The notes below the pieces were generated by a model, which ran no database searches, was not told where the DNA came from, and was given only the letters and a program-made list of their open reading frames with translations. A stretch of DNA of 34,790 bases, counting the filler, from an uncultured Chlamydiae bacterium (GTDB lineage: Bacteria; Chlamydiota; Chlamydiia; Chlamydiales; SM23-39): NCBI GenBank assembly GCA_937899275.1. It is 3 parts of 3 records of this genome, joined end to end, with 100 filler letters (N's around TTAATTAATTAA, not from the genome) between each part and the next. Parts side by side here need not be neighbours in the genome. Positions count along the whole stretch, not along the records: positions 17,073 to 28,772 come from CALBPE010000119.1; positions 28,873 to 34,790 come from CALBPE010000122.1; 1 more part is not named here. One strand, given 5' to 3'. The position numbers were made by a program, and so were the translations under genes. Position 1 is the first letter of the stretch. Every line of letters begins with the position of its first letter. Below are positions 25,576 to 34,790 of this stretch, piece after piece.

Positions 25576-26467
25576 TCCTTTGCACCGCTTGCTGCGTAAA
25601 TCGGGCAGTGTGCGCTCTTTTCTCATCGGCTGGAATAGAGGATTGGGCGATATCCCTTTAGGCATTTTCCCTTTGGTTTACAAAATACGAAAACGTATTC
25701 CTGAAGCGGAAATTTCTGTTTGCACCCGGCCTGATTTAGCAGCAGGTTTTTCTCTTTTGCCGTCGGTAAAAACGATAATAGAGCCTAGGCTTATTCGGGG
25801 AAAGCCGTATGATATCAAGAAATTTGTGGATGAAACAAATTACGACGTTGTGATCAACTGGCCTGATCCCACCTTTTGGTGTAGAGATCTCTTAGGTAAG
25901 ATCACCCCTCGCCTTCAGTGGAACTCTGATTGGAACGGCGCTTGGAAGAGGCTCGATCTTGATCCTAATCTACGCTATATTGTGATACAACCCTCTGCTC
26001 ATACCACACATGGTCCTTGGCGGAGTTGGACGCCAGAAAACTACAACAAACTCATTGCAGCCTGCACAAAGTGGGGGCAGCAAGTGGTTCTTGTTGGCTC
26101 AAAAAAAGAGGCAGAAACGCCCATCCAAGGAGGGATCGATCTTCGAGGAAAAACCACTATAGCTGAGCTGTTTTCTCTTATTAAAGAACGCTCTTTTCTT
26201 GCAATTTTACCCGATTCAGGCATTTTATCGATTTTGTATTACATTGAAGATGCGTTTCCTTTACAAGTGATCTCCCTTTGGTCGAAGCCTTTACAAGGGG
26301 TGTTGAAACAAGGCGTTTTTTCTCCTAACCCCCTTTTATCTCACTTACCTCTTATTGGGGGCTATAAAGATGTATCTAGTATTTCTTTGGACCAGGTGTT
26401 AGATGCGGTAAAAAGTTCTGTGACGTCGATTACCAGTTTTACAGGAAAAAAAGATCCTGTAAACTAG
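25541..26467 (+). CDS. Second, divergent GT9-family glycosyltransferase
   Basis: NRGLGDI, RSW..ENY, DLRGKTTIAEL, PDSG. Start reassigned to ATG 25541. Confidence 0.78.
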   Translation: MFKKFLRKCTPNPLHRLLRKSGSVRSFLIGWNRGLGDIPLGIFPLVYKIRKRIPEAEISVCTRPDLAAGFSLLPSVKTIIEPRLIRGKPYDIKKFVDETNYDVVINWPDPTFWCRDLLGKITPRLQWNSDWNGAWKRLDLDPNLRYIVIQPSAHTTHGPWRSWTPENYNKLIAACTKWGQQVVLVGSKKEAETPIQGGIDLRGKTTIAELFSLIKERSFLAILPDSGILSILYYIEDAFPLQVISLWSKPLQGVLKQGVFSPNPLLSHLPLIGGYKDVSSISLDQVLDAVKSSVTSITSFTGKKDPVN

Positions 26468-26490
26468 GGGCTTAGATGAGGAGAAATCAT

Positions 26491-27489
26491 ATGAAAATCG
26501 CCTATTTGGGTGTAGGTACTTGGGGATTTGCCCTAGCTTATAGACTGGTAAAAAATGGACATGAAGTTGTGGCATGGACGCGTGATGAGCCGCTTGTCCA
26601 AGAACTTAGAAAAAAAGGTATGCACCCTAAATTGCAGGGAAAACCATTAGATGCTCCGATGAAGATCACCTCTTGCCTGGAAGAGGCTCTTGTCGATGTA
26701 GATATCATCGTAGAAAGCGTTACTTCATCAGGTATTCGGGAGGTGTTGACAAGGGTGCTTTCCATAGCAACTAAGCCTCTTCCAGTGATCCTGACTTCAA
26801 AAGGTATTGAGGAAAAAACCTCTTTTTTACTTCCCGAGGTAGTAGAAGAGATTTTAGGTGAAAAAAACCGATTTCTCATCGGGTGCTTAAGCGGTCCTAG
26901 CCATGCAGAAGAGGTGGTAAAAGATCTTCCCACATCTGTTGTCGCTTCTAGTTATGATCCTAAGCTTACCCAAACGATTATTCAGATGTTTTCTGCGGAA
27001 AGTTTTCGGATTTATCCTACAACAGATGTGAATGGCACCGCTTTTGGCGGCGCCATGAAAAATGTCATTGCCATAGCCTGCGGGGTATCAGACGGCCTTG
27101 GATTTGGTGATAATACGAAAGCTGCTCTTATGACAAGAGGCCTTCATGAGATGCGCAAGCTTTCAAAAACAAAAGGTTGTAAAGAAGAGACGTTAAATGG
27201 GCTTTCGGGCATGGGGGATCTTTGCGTTTCTTGCCTTTCAAAACATAGCCGCAATTATCAACTCGGCTACCTTTTAGCCCAAGGGCACTCGCTTTTAAGC
27301 GCAAAAGAAAAAATCGGGATGGTTGTTGAAGGCGCCTATGCAGCAAAGTCGATCTTACAGCTAGCTAAAAAACACAACATGCCTGTTCCTATCACCGAGG
27401 CGATCTACCATGTGATCTATTCGGGAAAAGATCCTAAACAGTCGGTCAAAGATCTTCTTGCAAGAACGGTAAAAGAAGAAAGCCTATGA
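26491..27489 (+). CDS. gpsA: NAD(P)H-dependent glycerol-3-phosphate dehydrogenase
   Basis: YLGVGTWG, SKGIE, LSGPSHAEEV, GAMKNVIAIACG, GLSGMGDL, SRN. Confidence 0.97.
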   Translation: MKIAYLGVGTWGFALAYRLVKNGHEVVAWTRDEPLVQELRKKGMHPKLQGKPLDAPMKITSCLEEALVDVDIIVESVTSSGIREVLTRVLSIATKPLPVILTSKGIEEKTSFLLPEVVEEILGEKNRFLIGCLSGPSHAEEVVKDLPTSVVASSYDPKLTQTIIQMFSAESFRIYPTTDVNGTAFGGAMKNVIAIACGVSDGLGFGDNTKAALMTRGLHEMRKLSKTKGCKEETLNGLSGMGDLCVSCLSKHSRNYQLGYLLAQGHSLLSAKEKIGMVVEGAYAAKSILQLAKKHNMPVPITEAIYHVIYSGKDPKQSVKDLLARTVKEESL

Positions 27490-28772
27490 ATTTTTCTCCT
27501 GTATTTTCTACAAAAGAGATCGCTTTTTTAGAAAAAAATAGCGCAGAAAAAGAGGTCTTAATGGACCGGGCAGGAGAGAAAATCGCCTCTTTTATAATCA
27601 ATACAAAAAAACCAGATGAAACCCTTCTATTGTTTGCGGGGCCTGGTAATAACGGAGCTGATGCGATAACAGCAGCTACGATTCTACATAAAAAAGGCTA
27701 CTCTTTTATCTTAGCCTCTATGGAGCCCTCTTCCGGCTTAGCAGGAAAAAAACGGCAGAGCTTTTTAAGGGAAAAGGGGGTGATGACCCCTATAAAAAAC
27801 GCGCTATCTCTACTCAATACGCAGCCCGTTTATCTAGTCGATGCTCTTTTGGGAACAGGGGGAAGTAGGCCCCTTACAAAAGAGATGTTACAGATTGTGC
27901 AAACAATCAATCAATCTAAAGCAAGGGTCCTTTCCATCGATCTACCCACAGGGATTCATACCGATGAAGGCAGCGTATTAGGAGAAGCTATACAAGCTAC
28001 TTGGACCCTTACCTTAGGAGCGTATAAACAAGGGCTTTTTATCGATCAAGGCCCCGCATTTGCAGGGCAAGTGCATGTAGAAGATATTGGGTTAGATCTC
28101 GAAAAGGGAAAACCCTCTTACCATCTACTCCATGAAGTACAAGGCCTTTTGCCTCCGATAAATAAAACGCGTCATAAATACCAGGCAGGCTCTGTCATCG
28201 GTATAGCGGGATCTTATTCGATGATGGGGGCAGCAGCGCTATCTAGCCTGGCTTCTTTACGCTCTGGAGCTGGCATCGTGAAAGTATTTTATGAGCCTTC
28301 TCCGCACGCATCTACTTGCTGTTTTGCCCCTGAAATACTCCATGCAGATTGGACGCATCTACAAGAAGCTTCTTTTTCTAAAGTAGATGCACTGTACATA
28401 GGTCCTGGTATGGGAAAAACTCCATCTGCAAAAGCTATGGTAGAGCGCGTTTTGTCCCTTCCCTTGCAGCGCGTTGTACTAGATGCAGATGCTATACACC
28501 ACATCAAAAATCGGTTAGACCTTCTTCCTTCAGGCGCGGTTTTAACGCCCCACTTAGGAGAAATCATCCCATTTTTTCAACGATCTAATGAGGCTATACA
28601 CATTTTATCTCTCCATCACCACCTGCAACAGTTTGTAGACGAAAAAAAGGTAGTCGTTGCGCTAAAAGGGTTTCCGACAACGATATTTTCTCCCGAAAAA
28701 CCTCCCTTTCTTTTACCTGTTGGAAGCCCAGGTATGGCAACAGCTGGATCGGGAGATGTTCTTACCGGCATG
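27486..28772 (+). CDS. nnr: Bifunctional NAD(P)HX epimerase/dehydratase (YjeF/Nnr), 3' end lost in gap
   Basis: GPGNNGAD, VDALLGTG, SIDLPTG, HKYQAG, IGPGMG, VLDADA, LTPHLGE, MATAGSGDVLTG. Confidence 0.94.
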
Positions 28773-28872
28773 NNNNNNNNNNNNNNNNNNNNNNNNNNNN
28801 NNNNNNNNNNNNNNNNTTAATTAATTAANNNNNNNNNNNNNNNNNNNNNNNNNNNNNNNNNNNNNNNNNNNN
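28773..28872. other. Artificial contig spacer
   Basis: Same 44 N + TTAATTAATTAA + 44 N structure. Confidence 0.98.
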
Positions 28873-29855
28873 GCAAGGTAGCGCTCATGTTCTGACTGCA
28901 GGTCGTGGCCCCATTTTGGGGGATAGATAAACTTTGCAGGCGCTTTTTGTAGTATCTCGATCGCTTCTGTATAGGAAAGTTTTGCAAAGGGCTCTTTGAG
29001 AAATCCCTCGAGTTTTTCGGTAAGACCCTCTTCGATAAACTGGGAAAAAAATGCGAGGTCTTTGCCTCCTTTTTCTAAAGCATAGGTTAGGATATAGCGG
29101 AGGAATTTTTCTGCCATTTCCATATTTTCTGCAAGCTCGCAAAAGGCCATTTCTGGTTCAATCATCCAAAACTCTGCTAAATGGCGCGAGGTATTGGAGT
29201 TTTCTGCGCGGAAGGTGGGGCCAAAGGTATATACATTAGATAAAGCAAGAGCGCATATTTCTGCTTCTAATTGTCCTGAAACGGTAAGGTATGCGGGAAG
29301 ACCAAAAAAATCTTTTCCATCTTTCGTTATCCGAAACATCTCTCCTGCACCTTCACAGTCAAGTGTGGTGATGATGGGTGTATGGATATGGAAAAATCCT
29401 TCTTGTTGGAAAAATTGATGTACGGCAAAGCTGATCATACTACGCATGCGAAGGCAAGCGCCCTGCGTATTTGTTCTAGGTCGAAGGTGGGAGATAGAAC
29501 GTAAGTACGCGAAAGAATGCCGTTTTTTCTGTAGAGGGTAGTCTTCTGGACAGGGGCCGATGATCTCAATATTTTCTGGCTGCATCTCTACGGTTTGTCT
29601 TTTACCTTGACTTCGGACAACAAGACCCGTTACCTGTACAGATGCACCTGTAGAAAGCTCTTTGATTAAAGAAGAGTAGTTAGGAAAAGTATCTTCTATC
29701 ACGACTTGTAAAGATTCTACAGAAGAGCCGTCGTTTATCTGTAGAAAACTAAAGGTTTTTTGCGAGCGCAGCGTCCTTACCCAGCCGCAGATACGCACCT
29801 TTTTTTCTAAATAAGAAGAGTTGTAGAAAAGATTATGGATGGGCGTTTTTTGCAT
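28873..29855 (-). CDS. asnS: Asparagine--tRNA ligase (3' part lost in gap)
   Basis: GWVRTLR, HLRPRTN, DCEGAGEMF, YLTVSGQLE, FGPTFRAENSNTSRHLAEFWMIEPE, WGHDLQSEHERYL; start 29855 or 29885. Confidence 0.95.
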
Positions 29856-30720
29856 AGTTTTTGAGCTCTTGGATTTCTTGTGCATATAAATCGGGATTCG
29901 GGGTTTCTAAAATTAACGGAAGAAGGCGCGTTTTTGGATGGGTTGCAATCAACTCAAAGGCAAGAGGGCCGATTTCTCCTTTGCCTAAGGACGCGTGCCT
30001 ATCTCTTCTCGATCCTAAAGGTTTCAGCGAGTCATTAAGATGAAATGCCTTGAGATAAGAAAGACCGATGATCTTATCAAAAGTAGCTAGTGTATCTAAA
30101 AACCCCTCTTCTGTAGAAATATCATATCCTGCAGCAAATATATGGCAGGTATCGATACACACGCCAATGGGGATATCTCCTTTCACTCGATCGATGATGT
30201 AGTGTAGGTGTTCAAAAGTATGTCCTACGCTATTTCCTTGTCCCGCTGTAGTCTCTAGCAAAAGGGTAGTGGTAGGCTTTTCGAAGTAGGGAGCAAAAGA
30301 AAGGAGGCTTTTGACAATTTGCTCTAAACAAGCGTCTGGCTGTTTATTTGTAGCGACTCCTGGATGAAAATTTAGATAGGTGATATCCAGTAGCTGACAG
30401 CGCTCAATTTCCCCTTGAAAACTCTGTAGACTTTTTTCTAATAAGTCGGGTTTATCAGAGCCTAAATTGATGAGATAGCTATCATGGCTAATCGTGGTTT
30501 TAATCCCTGTTTCTTCTTGCGCGCTTTTCCAAAGATCGATTTCTTCTGGTTGAATATTTCTACCGCGCCACTGCTTTTGGTTACTGGTAAATAACTGGAT
30601 CGCTGTTGCTCCAACAGCTTTTCCGCGTAGTAACGCATTAGGAGCGCCGCCACTTGCAGACATATGAGCTCCTACAAGAAAAGGGGCGTGTACAGTGGGC
30701 TGTTTTTTAGGGGAACTCAA
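29833..30720 (-). CDS. nfo: Endonuclease IV
   Basis: GAHMSASGG, HDSYLINL, FHPG, LETTAGQG, CIDTCHIFAAGYD, HLNDS, DRH, ILETP. Confidence 0.97.
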   Translation of the reverse strand: MSSPKKQPTVHAPFLVGAHMSASGGAPNALLRGKAVGATAIQLFTSNQKQWRGRNIQPEEIDLWKSAQEETGIKTTISHDSYLINLGSDKPDLLEKSLQSFQGEIERCQLLDITYLNFHPGVATNKQPDACLEQIVKSLLSFAPYFEKPTTTLLLETTAGQGNSVGHTFEHLHYIIDRVKGDIPIGVCIDTCHIFAAGYDISTEEGFLDTLATFDKIIGLSYLKAFHLNDSLKPLGSRRDRHASLGKGEIGPLAFELIATHPKTRLLPLILETPNPDLYAQEIQELKNYAKNAHP

Positions 30721-30808
30721 GGGGGTATTCCTGGTATTTTGCAGTATCCATCTTAAAATATTGAACTATTCTGGGCAATTTTGATTTTTCTTGATAGGCT
30801 TAAAAGAG

Positions 30809-32329
30809 ATGATTCGTGCATTTACCACAGTTTTTCAAGGAACGCTTTTAAGCCGCATGAGCGGCATGCTTCGAGATACCGCTCTTGCATTTGCTTTCGG
30901 CACTTCTGCTACGTTAGCGGCGTATTTTGTTGCATTTCGTTTTGCTTTTTTACTCCGAAGACTTTTTGGAGAAGCGCTTGTATCGGCTGTTTTTATCCCC
31001 CATTTTTCCCGTATAAAAGAGCAGGATCCCTTAAAGGCAGAAAAGTTTTATGGCGACTTTTTTATGAGCGTTTTTGTGATGGTGTTATCCGTTGTTTTTG
31101 CATTTGAACTGGCGTTTTTTTACTGCGACTATCCGATCATTACCCATATGAAAATCCTTCTTCCAGCCTTGGTGTTTTTATCTTTATATGCGGTCAATAG
31201 CGCATTTTTACAGTGCCAAGGAGTCTATTTTTTGCCAGCTATTGCCCCTTTATTTTGCAATCTTACCGTCACTTTTTTTTGTCTATTTTTTCAAAAGAGA
31301 CAGGCCTTTTCTCTTAGTGGAGCTAGCTTAATGGGATTTGGTTTTCAGTGGCTTTCTACGCAGCTGGCTATTATGTATTTTTGGGGTTTTTCTGGTTTTT
31401 GCAAGAGGGTTGTTTCTTGGAGGCCTTTTTCTAAAGTGGTAAGGGCTTTATACGCCCCTTTTATTTTAGGGACGCTGGGAATTTCTACCACCCAGATCAA
31501 TAGTTTTTTAGATGCGGTTTTTGCCCGCTATATCGATATAGAAGGTCCTACTTATCTCTGGTTTTCTATTCGTTTGGAACAGCTGCCATTAGCGCTTTTT
31601 GGACTAGCGCTTTCCACAGCGTATTTTCCCCAGCTAGCGAAGCGGATAGACCAAAGTATAGATGGGGGTTTATGGCGTTTTTCTCTGGAAAAAGTGCTCA
31701 AATACGGCTCTTTATTGATGGTGTTTTCCACGGTAGGATTGCTGTTTTTTGGCAAGGAGGCGGTTTCTTGCTTGTATGAGAGAGGCTCGTTTGGAGAGGG
31801 TAGCGTAGATCGCACCTCTTTTTGTCTTTATGCGTATTCATTAGGTCTTTTCCCTGCGTTTTATACGTTTCTTGCAACTTCTGTATTTCATGCGCAAAAA
31901 AGGTATGTGCTACCTCTACAAGGAGCTGCTTTTGCAACAGCAATCAATGCGGTTTTTAACGTTTTTTTTACTCTGGTCTTCCGTTTTTCTGTAGCGTCAG
32001 TAGCTTTTGCAACAGCGCTTTCTCAATGGCTAGGCGCTTGGTTTTTATGGCGCAAAGTGCCGGCAAAAACAGATATGAGCTATGTGGCAAAGGTAGTCTT
32101 TGCTGCTTTAAGCTCTGCTTTTGCTGCCTCTTTATGTCAAGAAGGGCTTGGTTTGCCACAGGTATGTCAATCTGTTGGCATCACGAAAAAGTGGATGATT
32201 TCTGCTGTAAACTTAGGAGCCGGCAGCATGTTTTATGGAATATTTTTTATGATATGGATGCGAGCTCTTCACATTAAAGAGCTCGAACAAATCCTATTAC
32301 GCCGTGTGGGCGATGAATTCACAAACTAG
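30809..32329 (+). CDS. murJ: Lipid II flippase MurJ (MviN)
   Basis: TLLSRMSGMLRD, LLRRLFGE, RLEQLPLALFG, LYERGSF; multiple TM segments. Confidence 0.93.
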   Translation: MIRAFTTVFQGTLLSRMSGMLRDTALAFAFGTSATLAAYFVAFRFAFLLRRLFGEALVSAVFIPHFSRIKEQDPLKAEKFYGDFFMSVFVMVLSVVFAFELAFFYCDYPIITHMKILLPALVFLSLYAVNSAFLQCQGVYFLPAIAPLFCNLTVTFFCLFFQKRQAFSLSGASLMGFGFQWLSTQLAIMYFWGFSGFCKRVVSWRPFSKVVRALYAPFILGTLGISTTQINSFLDAVFARYIDIEGPTYLWFSIRLEQLPLALFGLALSTAYFPQLAKRIDQSIDGGLWRFSLEKVLKYGSLLMVFSTVGLLFFGKEAVSCLYERGSFGEGSVDRTSFCLYAYSLGLFPAFYTFLATSVFHAQKRYVLPLQGAAFATAINAVFNVFFTLVFRFSVASVAFATALSQWLGAWFLWRKVPAKTDMSYVAKVVFAALSSAFAASLCQEGLGLPQVCQSVGITKKWMISAVNLGAGSMFYGIFFMIWMRALHIKELEQILLRRVGDEFTN

Positions 32330-32917
32330 TGGTACGTTGATCGGAAGGGGTAGCACGATAAGATCGTAAGCAGGAGGCGCCTGCATTTGTCCTGTGCATT
32401 GATCCGATAGGGTTAAATACTCAGGAAGCTCTACCGATGTGTTTTGTACAGAAGCCTGTACAGCTTTCATAGATTGTGAGGCTTGTTTGATGGAAATTTT
32501 CATGCCTGGCTTCACTTGAAAAGAGCGTCTATCGACTTTTTTTCCGTTCACTAAGATGTGGCCGTGGGACACAAGCTGCTGCGCTGCAAAAATTGTAGCG
32601 GCAAATCGAAGGCGATACACAATATTGTCAAGGCGCGCTTCTAAATGCTCTAAAAACATATGAGCGGTGTTGCCTGTTTTGCAAATCACGTGGTTGTAAG
32701 CGCGGATCAGTTGTTTTTGTGTTAGCATACCATATACAGCTCTAAGCTTTTGCTTTTCTTCTAGCTGGATACCAAAATCGGATTTTTTCTTCCTTTTCGC
32801 TCCATGCATACCAGGAGGGTTGGGTTTATGCAAAAGAGGGTTGCGCTGTTTTCCGAAAATGTTTGTGCCAAATTTTCTGGCAATTCTGTTTTTAGGACCT
32901 CTGTATCTGGCCATCAT
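32297..32917 (-). CDS. rpsD: 30S ribosomal protein S4
   Basis: MARYRGPK, PPGMHG, QLEEKQK, LEARLDNIVYR, QLVSHGHILVNG. Confidence 0.98.
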   Translation of the reverse strand: MMARYRGPKNRIARKFGTNIFGKQRNPLLHKPNPPGMHGAKRKKKSDFGIQLEEKQKLRAVYGMLTQKQLIRAYNHVICKTGNTAHMFLEHLEARLDNIVYRLRFAATIFAAQQLVSHGHILVNGKKVDRRSFQVKPGMKISIKQASQSMKAVQASVQNTSVELPEYLTLSDQCTGQMQAPPAYDLIVLPLPINVPLVCEFIAHTA

Positions 32918-32947
32918 TTCTCCTGAAAAGTATTCTATTTAGGATAA

Positions 32948-32976
32948 ATCATAGGAGAAAAATCCTTTTAGAACAA
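32948..32976 (-). promoter_or_regulatory. Candidate sigma66 promoter for rpsD
   Basis: TTGTTC-17nt-TATGAT on the minus strand; CAGGAG RBS before the ATG. Confidence 0.5.
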
Positions 32977-32993
32977 GATCTATTATTCTCCAC

Positions 32994-33022
32994 TTGCAGA
33001 GCTTTTTCTAAAAAGGTAGACT
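32994..33022 (+). promoter_or_regulatory. Candidate sigma66 promoter for trhO
   Basis: TTGCAG-17nt-TAGACT, back-to-back with the rpsD promoter. Confidence 0.5.
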
Positions 33023-33046
33023 AGTCTGCTAAATAGTTAGGATGTT

Positions 33047-33964
33047 ATGGAATATTTAGCTATCTCATTTTATCAATTTTTTCGTATAGAAGGCGTTCAG
33101 TTAGAAGTCAAAAAGTTAAAAAAAGTCTTTTCTTCCCTAGGTATTCAAGGAAGGATTTACCTCGCAGAGGAAGGCGTTAACGCGCAGATTTCCCTGGAAA
33201 AAAAAGATTTTGCCGCTTTTACCGAATGGAAAAAAAATTCGATCTATGCAGACGCGTCTTTAAAAGTGCAACCTGCGGAAGAACATGCATTCCAAAGGCT
33301 TACGGTAAAAGAAAGAAAGCAGCTTTGCGCTTTTGATGTACCTTTTTCTCAAGATGCTTCTGCTGGTGAAAAATAGTCGCCTCAAGAATGGAAAAAGATG
33401 CTCGATCAAAAACCTGCTGGATGCCATATCATCGACGTTAGAAATGATTATGAGTCGGAAGTAGGCCATTTTAAAGGGGCGATTAAACCTCCTTTGGGGG
33501 CGTTCCGAGAATTTCCCGGTTACACGGAAGAATTGGAAAAAACTGTTGATAAAGAAAAAGATACCGTCTTGATGTACTGTACAGGCGGTATTCGCTGCGA
33601 ATACTACGCCTCTTACTTAAAAAATAAGGGATTTCGCTCGATTTATCAGTTAGACGGAGGCGTGATCCAATATGCTAACGAAGTAGGCGCCGAGCATTGG
33701 AAGGGTAAGTTATTTGTATTTGACGATAGATTAACGGTTGCTTTAGGTGATGAAGAAACCCTTTCTCATTGCATCCACTGCGGCGCTTCAGCAGATACCT
33801 ATTACAACTGCGCAAACATGGACTGCAATGCTTTATTTACCTCTTGTCATAGCTGCGCTAGTAAGATGCAGGGGCTTTGCCAAGATGCGTGTAAAGAGGG
33901 TAGAGTCAGAGCGTTTGATCCCTCAAAAAAACCTAAGCCGTTTCCTCGCCTGTCCGAATCTTAA
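33047..33964 (+). pseudogene. trhO: tRNA uridine(34) hydroxylase TrhO/YceA (rhodanese-related), interrupted by one in-frame TAG at 33374..33376
   Basis: Both ORF halves are in the same frame. GRIYLAEEGVNAQ, IDVRNDYESEVGHF, MYCTGGIRCE, YQLDGG, GKLFVFDDR and NCANMDCN are all intact. Confidence 0.8.
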
Positions 33965-34649
33965 TCAGCTCTAACATCTTTTTTTGCGTTTCATCAAGCA
34001 CGACCGTTAGACCTGGTTTGATCCCTTTTTCCGATAAGATAAAGGCCTGCATTGTGTTGCAAATTCTGCCGTCTAAACGGACACCTAATCCCTCGATACC
34101 TAACATCCTTCCCCAATCATGAAACATCCGAAGGCTCATTTCACAAGCAGTGATTAGAAAAAGCACCTTTTTTTTCGGGTAGCGGTGGACAAGTTCACAC
34201 ATTTTGTCGCCGATGTAATGCACAGTGGGGATGAAAAGTAGGTGGCTATTTTTTGACAAATGCCGGCATTTCCCAATAAAACACTGACTGCAAACAGGGT
34301 GGTCTTTTTCCATTGCACACTGGTCGGTAAACCGACCTGAGGGGCATTCAAAAGGTTTATGGCAGTAGGAAAATCCAAGGACAAAGATCGCTTCTTGGTT
34401 TGTGAGCTTGTTGGCAAAATCATCTACGCTCTTGACGCCGCATAGGAAAAAATCTTTTTCTCGTTTGGGCTTTTCTCCGTAAGAGCGGAGAAGTCGAAAA
34501 GTGTAGGTAAAAGGTTTTTTCCAAATATAGCGCCGCAAAATGTTTGTCTCATCGTGCCGGATTAAGTAAAAAAGACTTTTTAACCGTAAAAATCTGCGAG
34601 TTTTTCCTGTAATTCCCTCCATTTTGGGTAGGGTTTTCAGATGTTTCAA
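33933..34649 (-). CDS. Cys-rich hypothetical protein, DUF116-like (putative metal/Fe-S binding)
   Basis: FSYCHKPFECP..C..CSQCFIG, ITACEMSL and GVRLDGRIC resemble the DUF116 Cys pattern; TTG start uncertain. Confidence 0.62.
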   Translation of the reverse strand: MKHLKTLPKMEGITGKTRRFLRLKSLFYLIRHDETNILRRYIWKKPFTYTFRLLRSYGEKPKREKDFFLCGVKSVDDFANKLTNQEAIFVLGFSYCHKPFECPSGRFTDQCAMEKDHPVCSQCFIGKCRHLSKNSHLLFIPTVHYIGDKMCELVHRYPKKKVLFLITACEMSLRMFHDWGRMLGIEGLGVRLDGRICNTMQAFILSEKGIKPGLTVVLDETQKKMLELIKIRTGEETA

Positions 34650-34790
34650 GGGACGGTTTTTTGCAAAATTACAGGCAAAAGCGAAAAAAACAAGCTACAA
34701 ATAGGAATGTCTGAATTTCAGAAAGGAATCTCGTGAAAGCGAAATAAAAAATGGAATCCATCTTTTTGACCTCGTTTTAATTTCTTGAAA

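Noticed and set aside
28873..29855. asnS as an unusual acquisition
   Set aside because: Absent from Chlamydiaceae but, as recalled, ordinary in environmental chlamydiae; useful only as a taxonomic hint.
33374..33376. Genome-wide TAG reassignment or pyrrolysine
   Set aside because: TAG ends several conserved genes here at their expected positions (miaA, khpA, Nudix, CT768-like), and no other gene shows an internal TAG.
7317..34423. Numerous 60-140 aa ORFs antisense to or nested in housekeeping genes
   Set aside because: They overlap well-supported genes and have no recognisable motifs.

Overview
Three draft contigs (1-16972, 17073-28772, 28873-34790) joined by artificial 100-nt spacers (44 N + TTAATTAATTAA + 44 N). 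Gene content and order point to an environmental (non-Chlamydiaceae) member of the phylum Chlamydiae. The blocks ddl-ftsQ-like-rsbV-miaA-CT768-like-rsfS-fabF-Nudix, secA/psd/nth/mnmE and nfo-murJ-rpsD-trhO match chlamydial gene order as I recall it; asnS and two GT9 glycosyltransferases are also present. The first ~6.9 kb is a putative host-interaction island. It holds two tandem paralogues with a hydrophobic anchor + F-box-like + ankyrin architecture; one is missed by the ORF track and has a doubled F-box. It also holds three tandem Inc-like paralogues with conserved ends and divergent middles, two small orphan ORFs (one with an NLS-like motif), and three decayed ISAs1-family transposase fragments interleaved with the duplicated genes. 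Oddities in the housekeeping part are an intact TrpD-like protein lacking the PRPP-binding motifs between rsfS and fabF, a D-Ala-D-Ala ligase domain with altered motifs, and a trhO homologue broken by one in-frame TAG. No rRNA, tRNA or CRISPR array was recognised. All family assignments are by-eye motif recognition; no searches were run.
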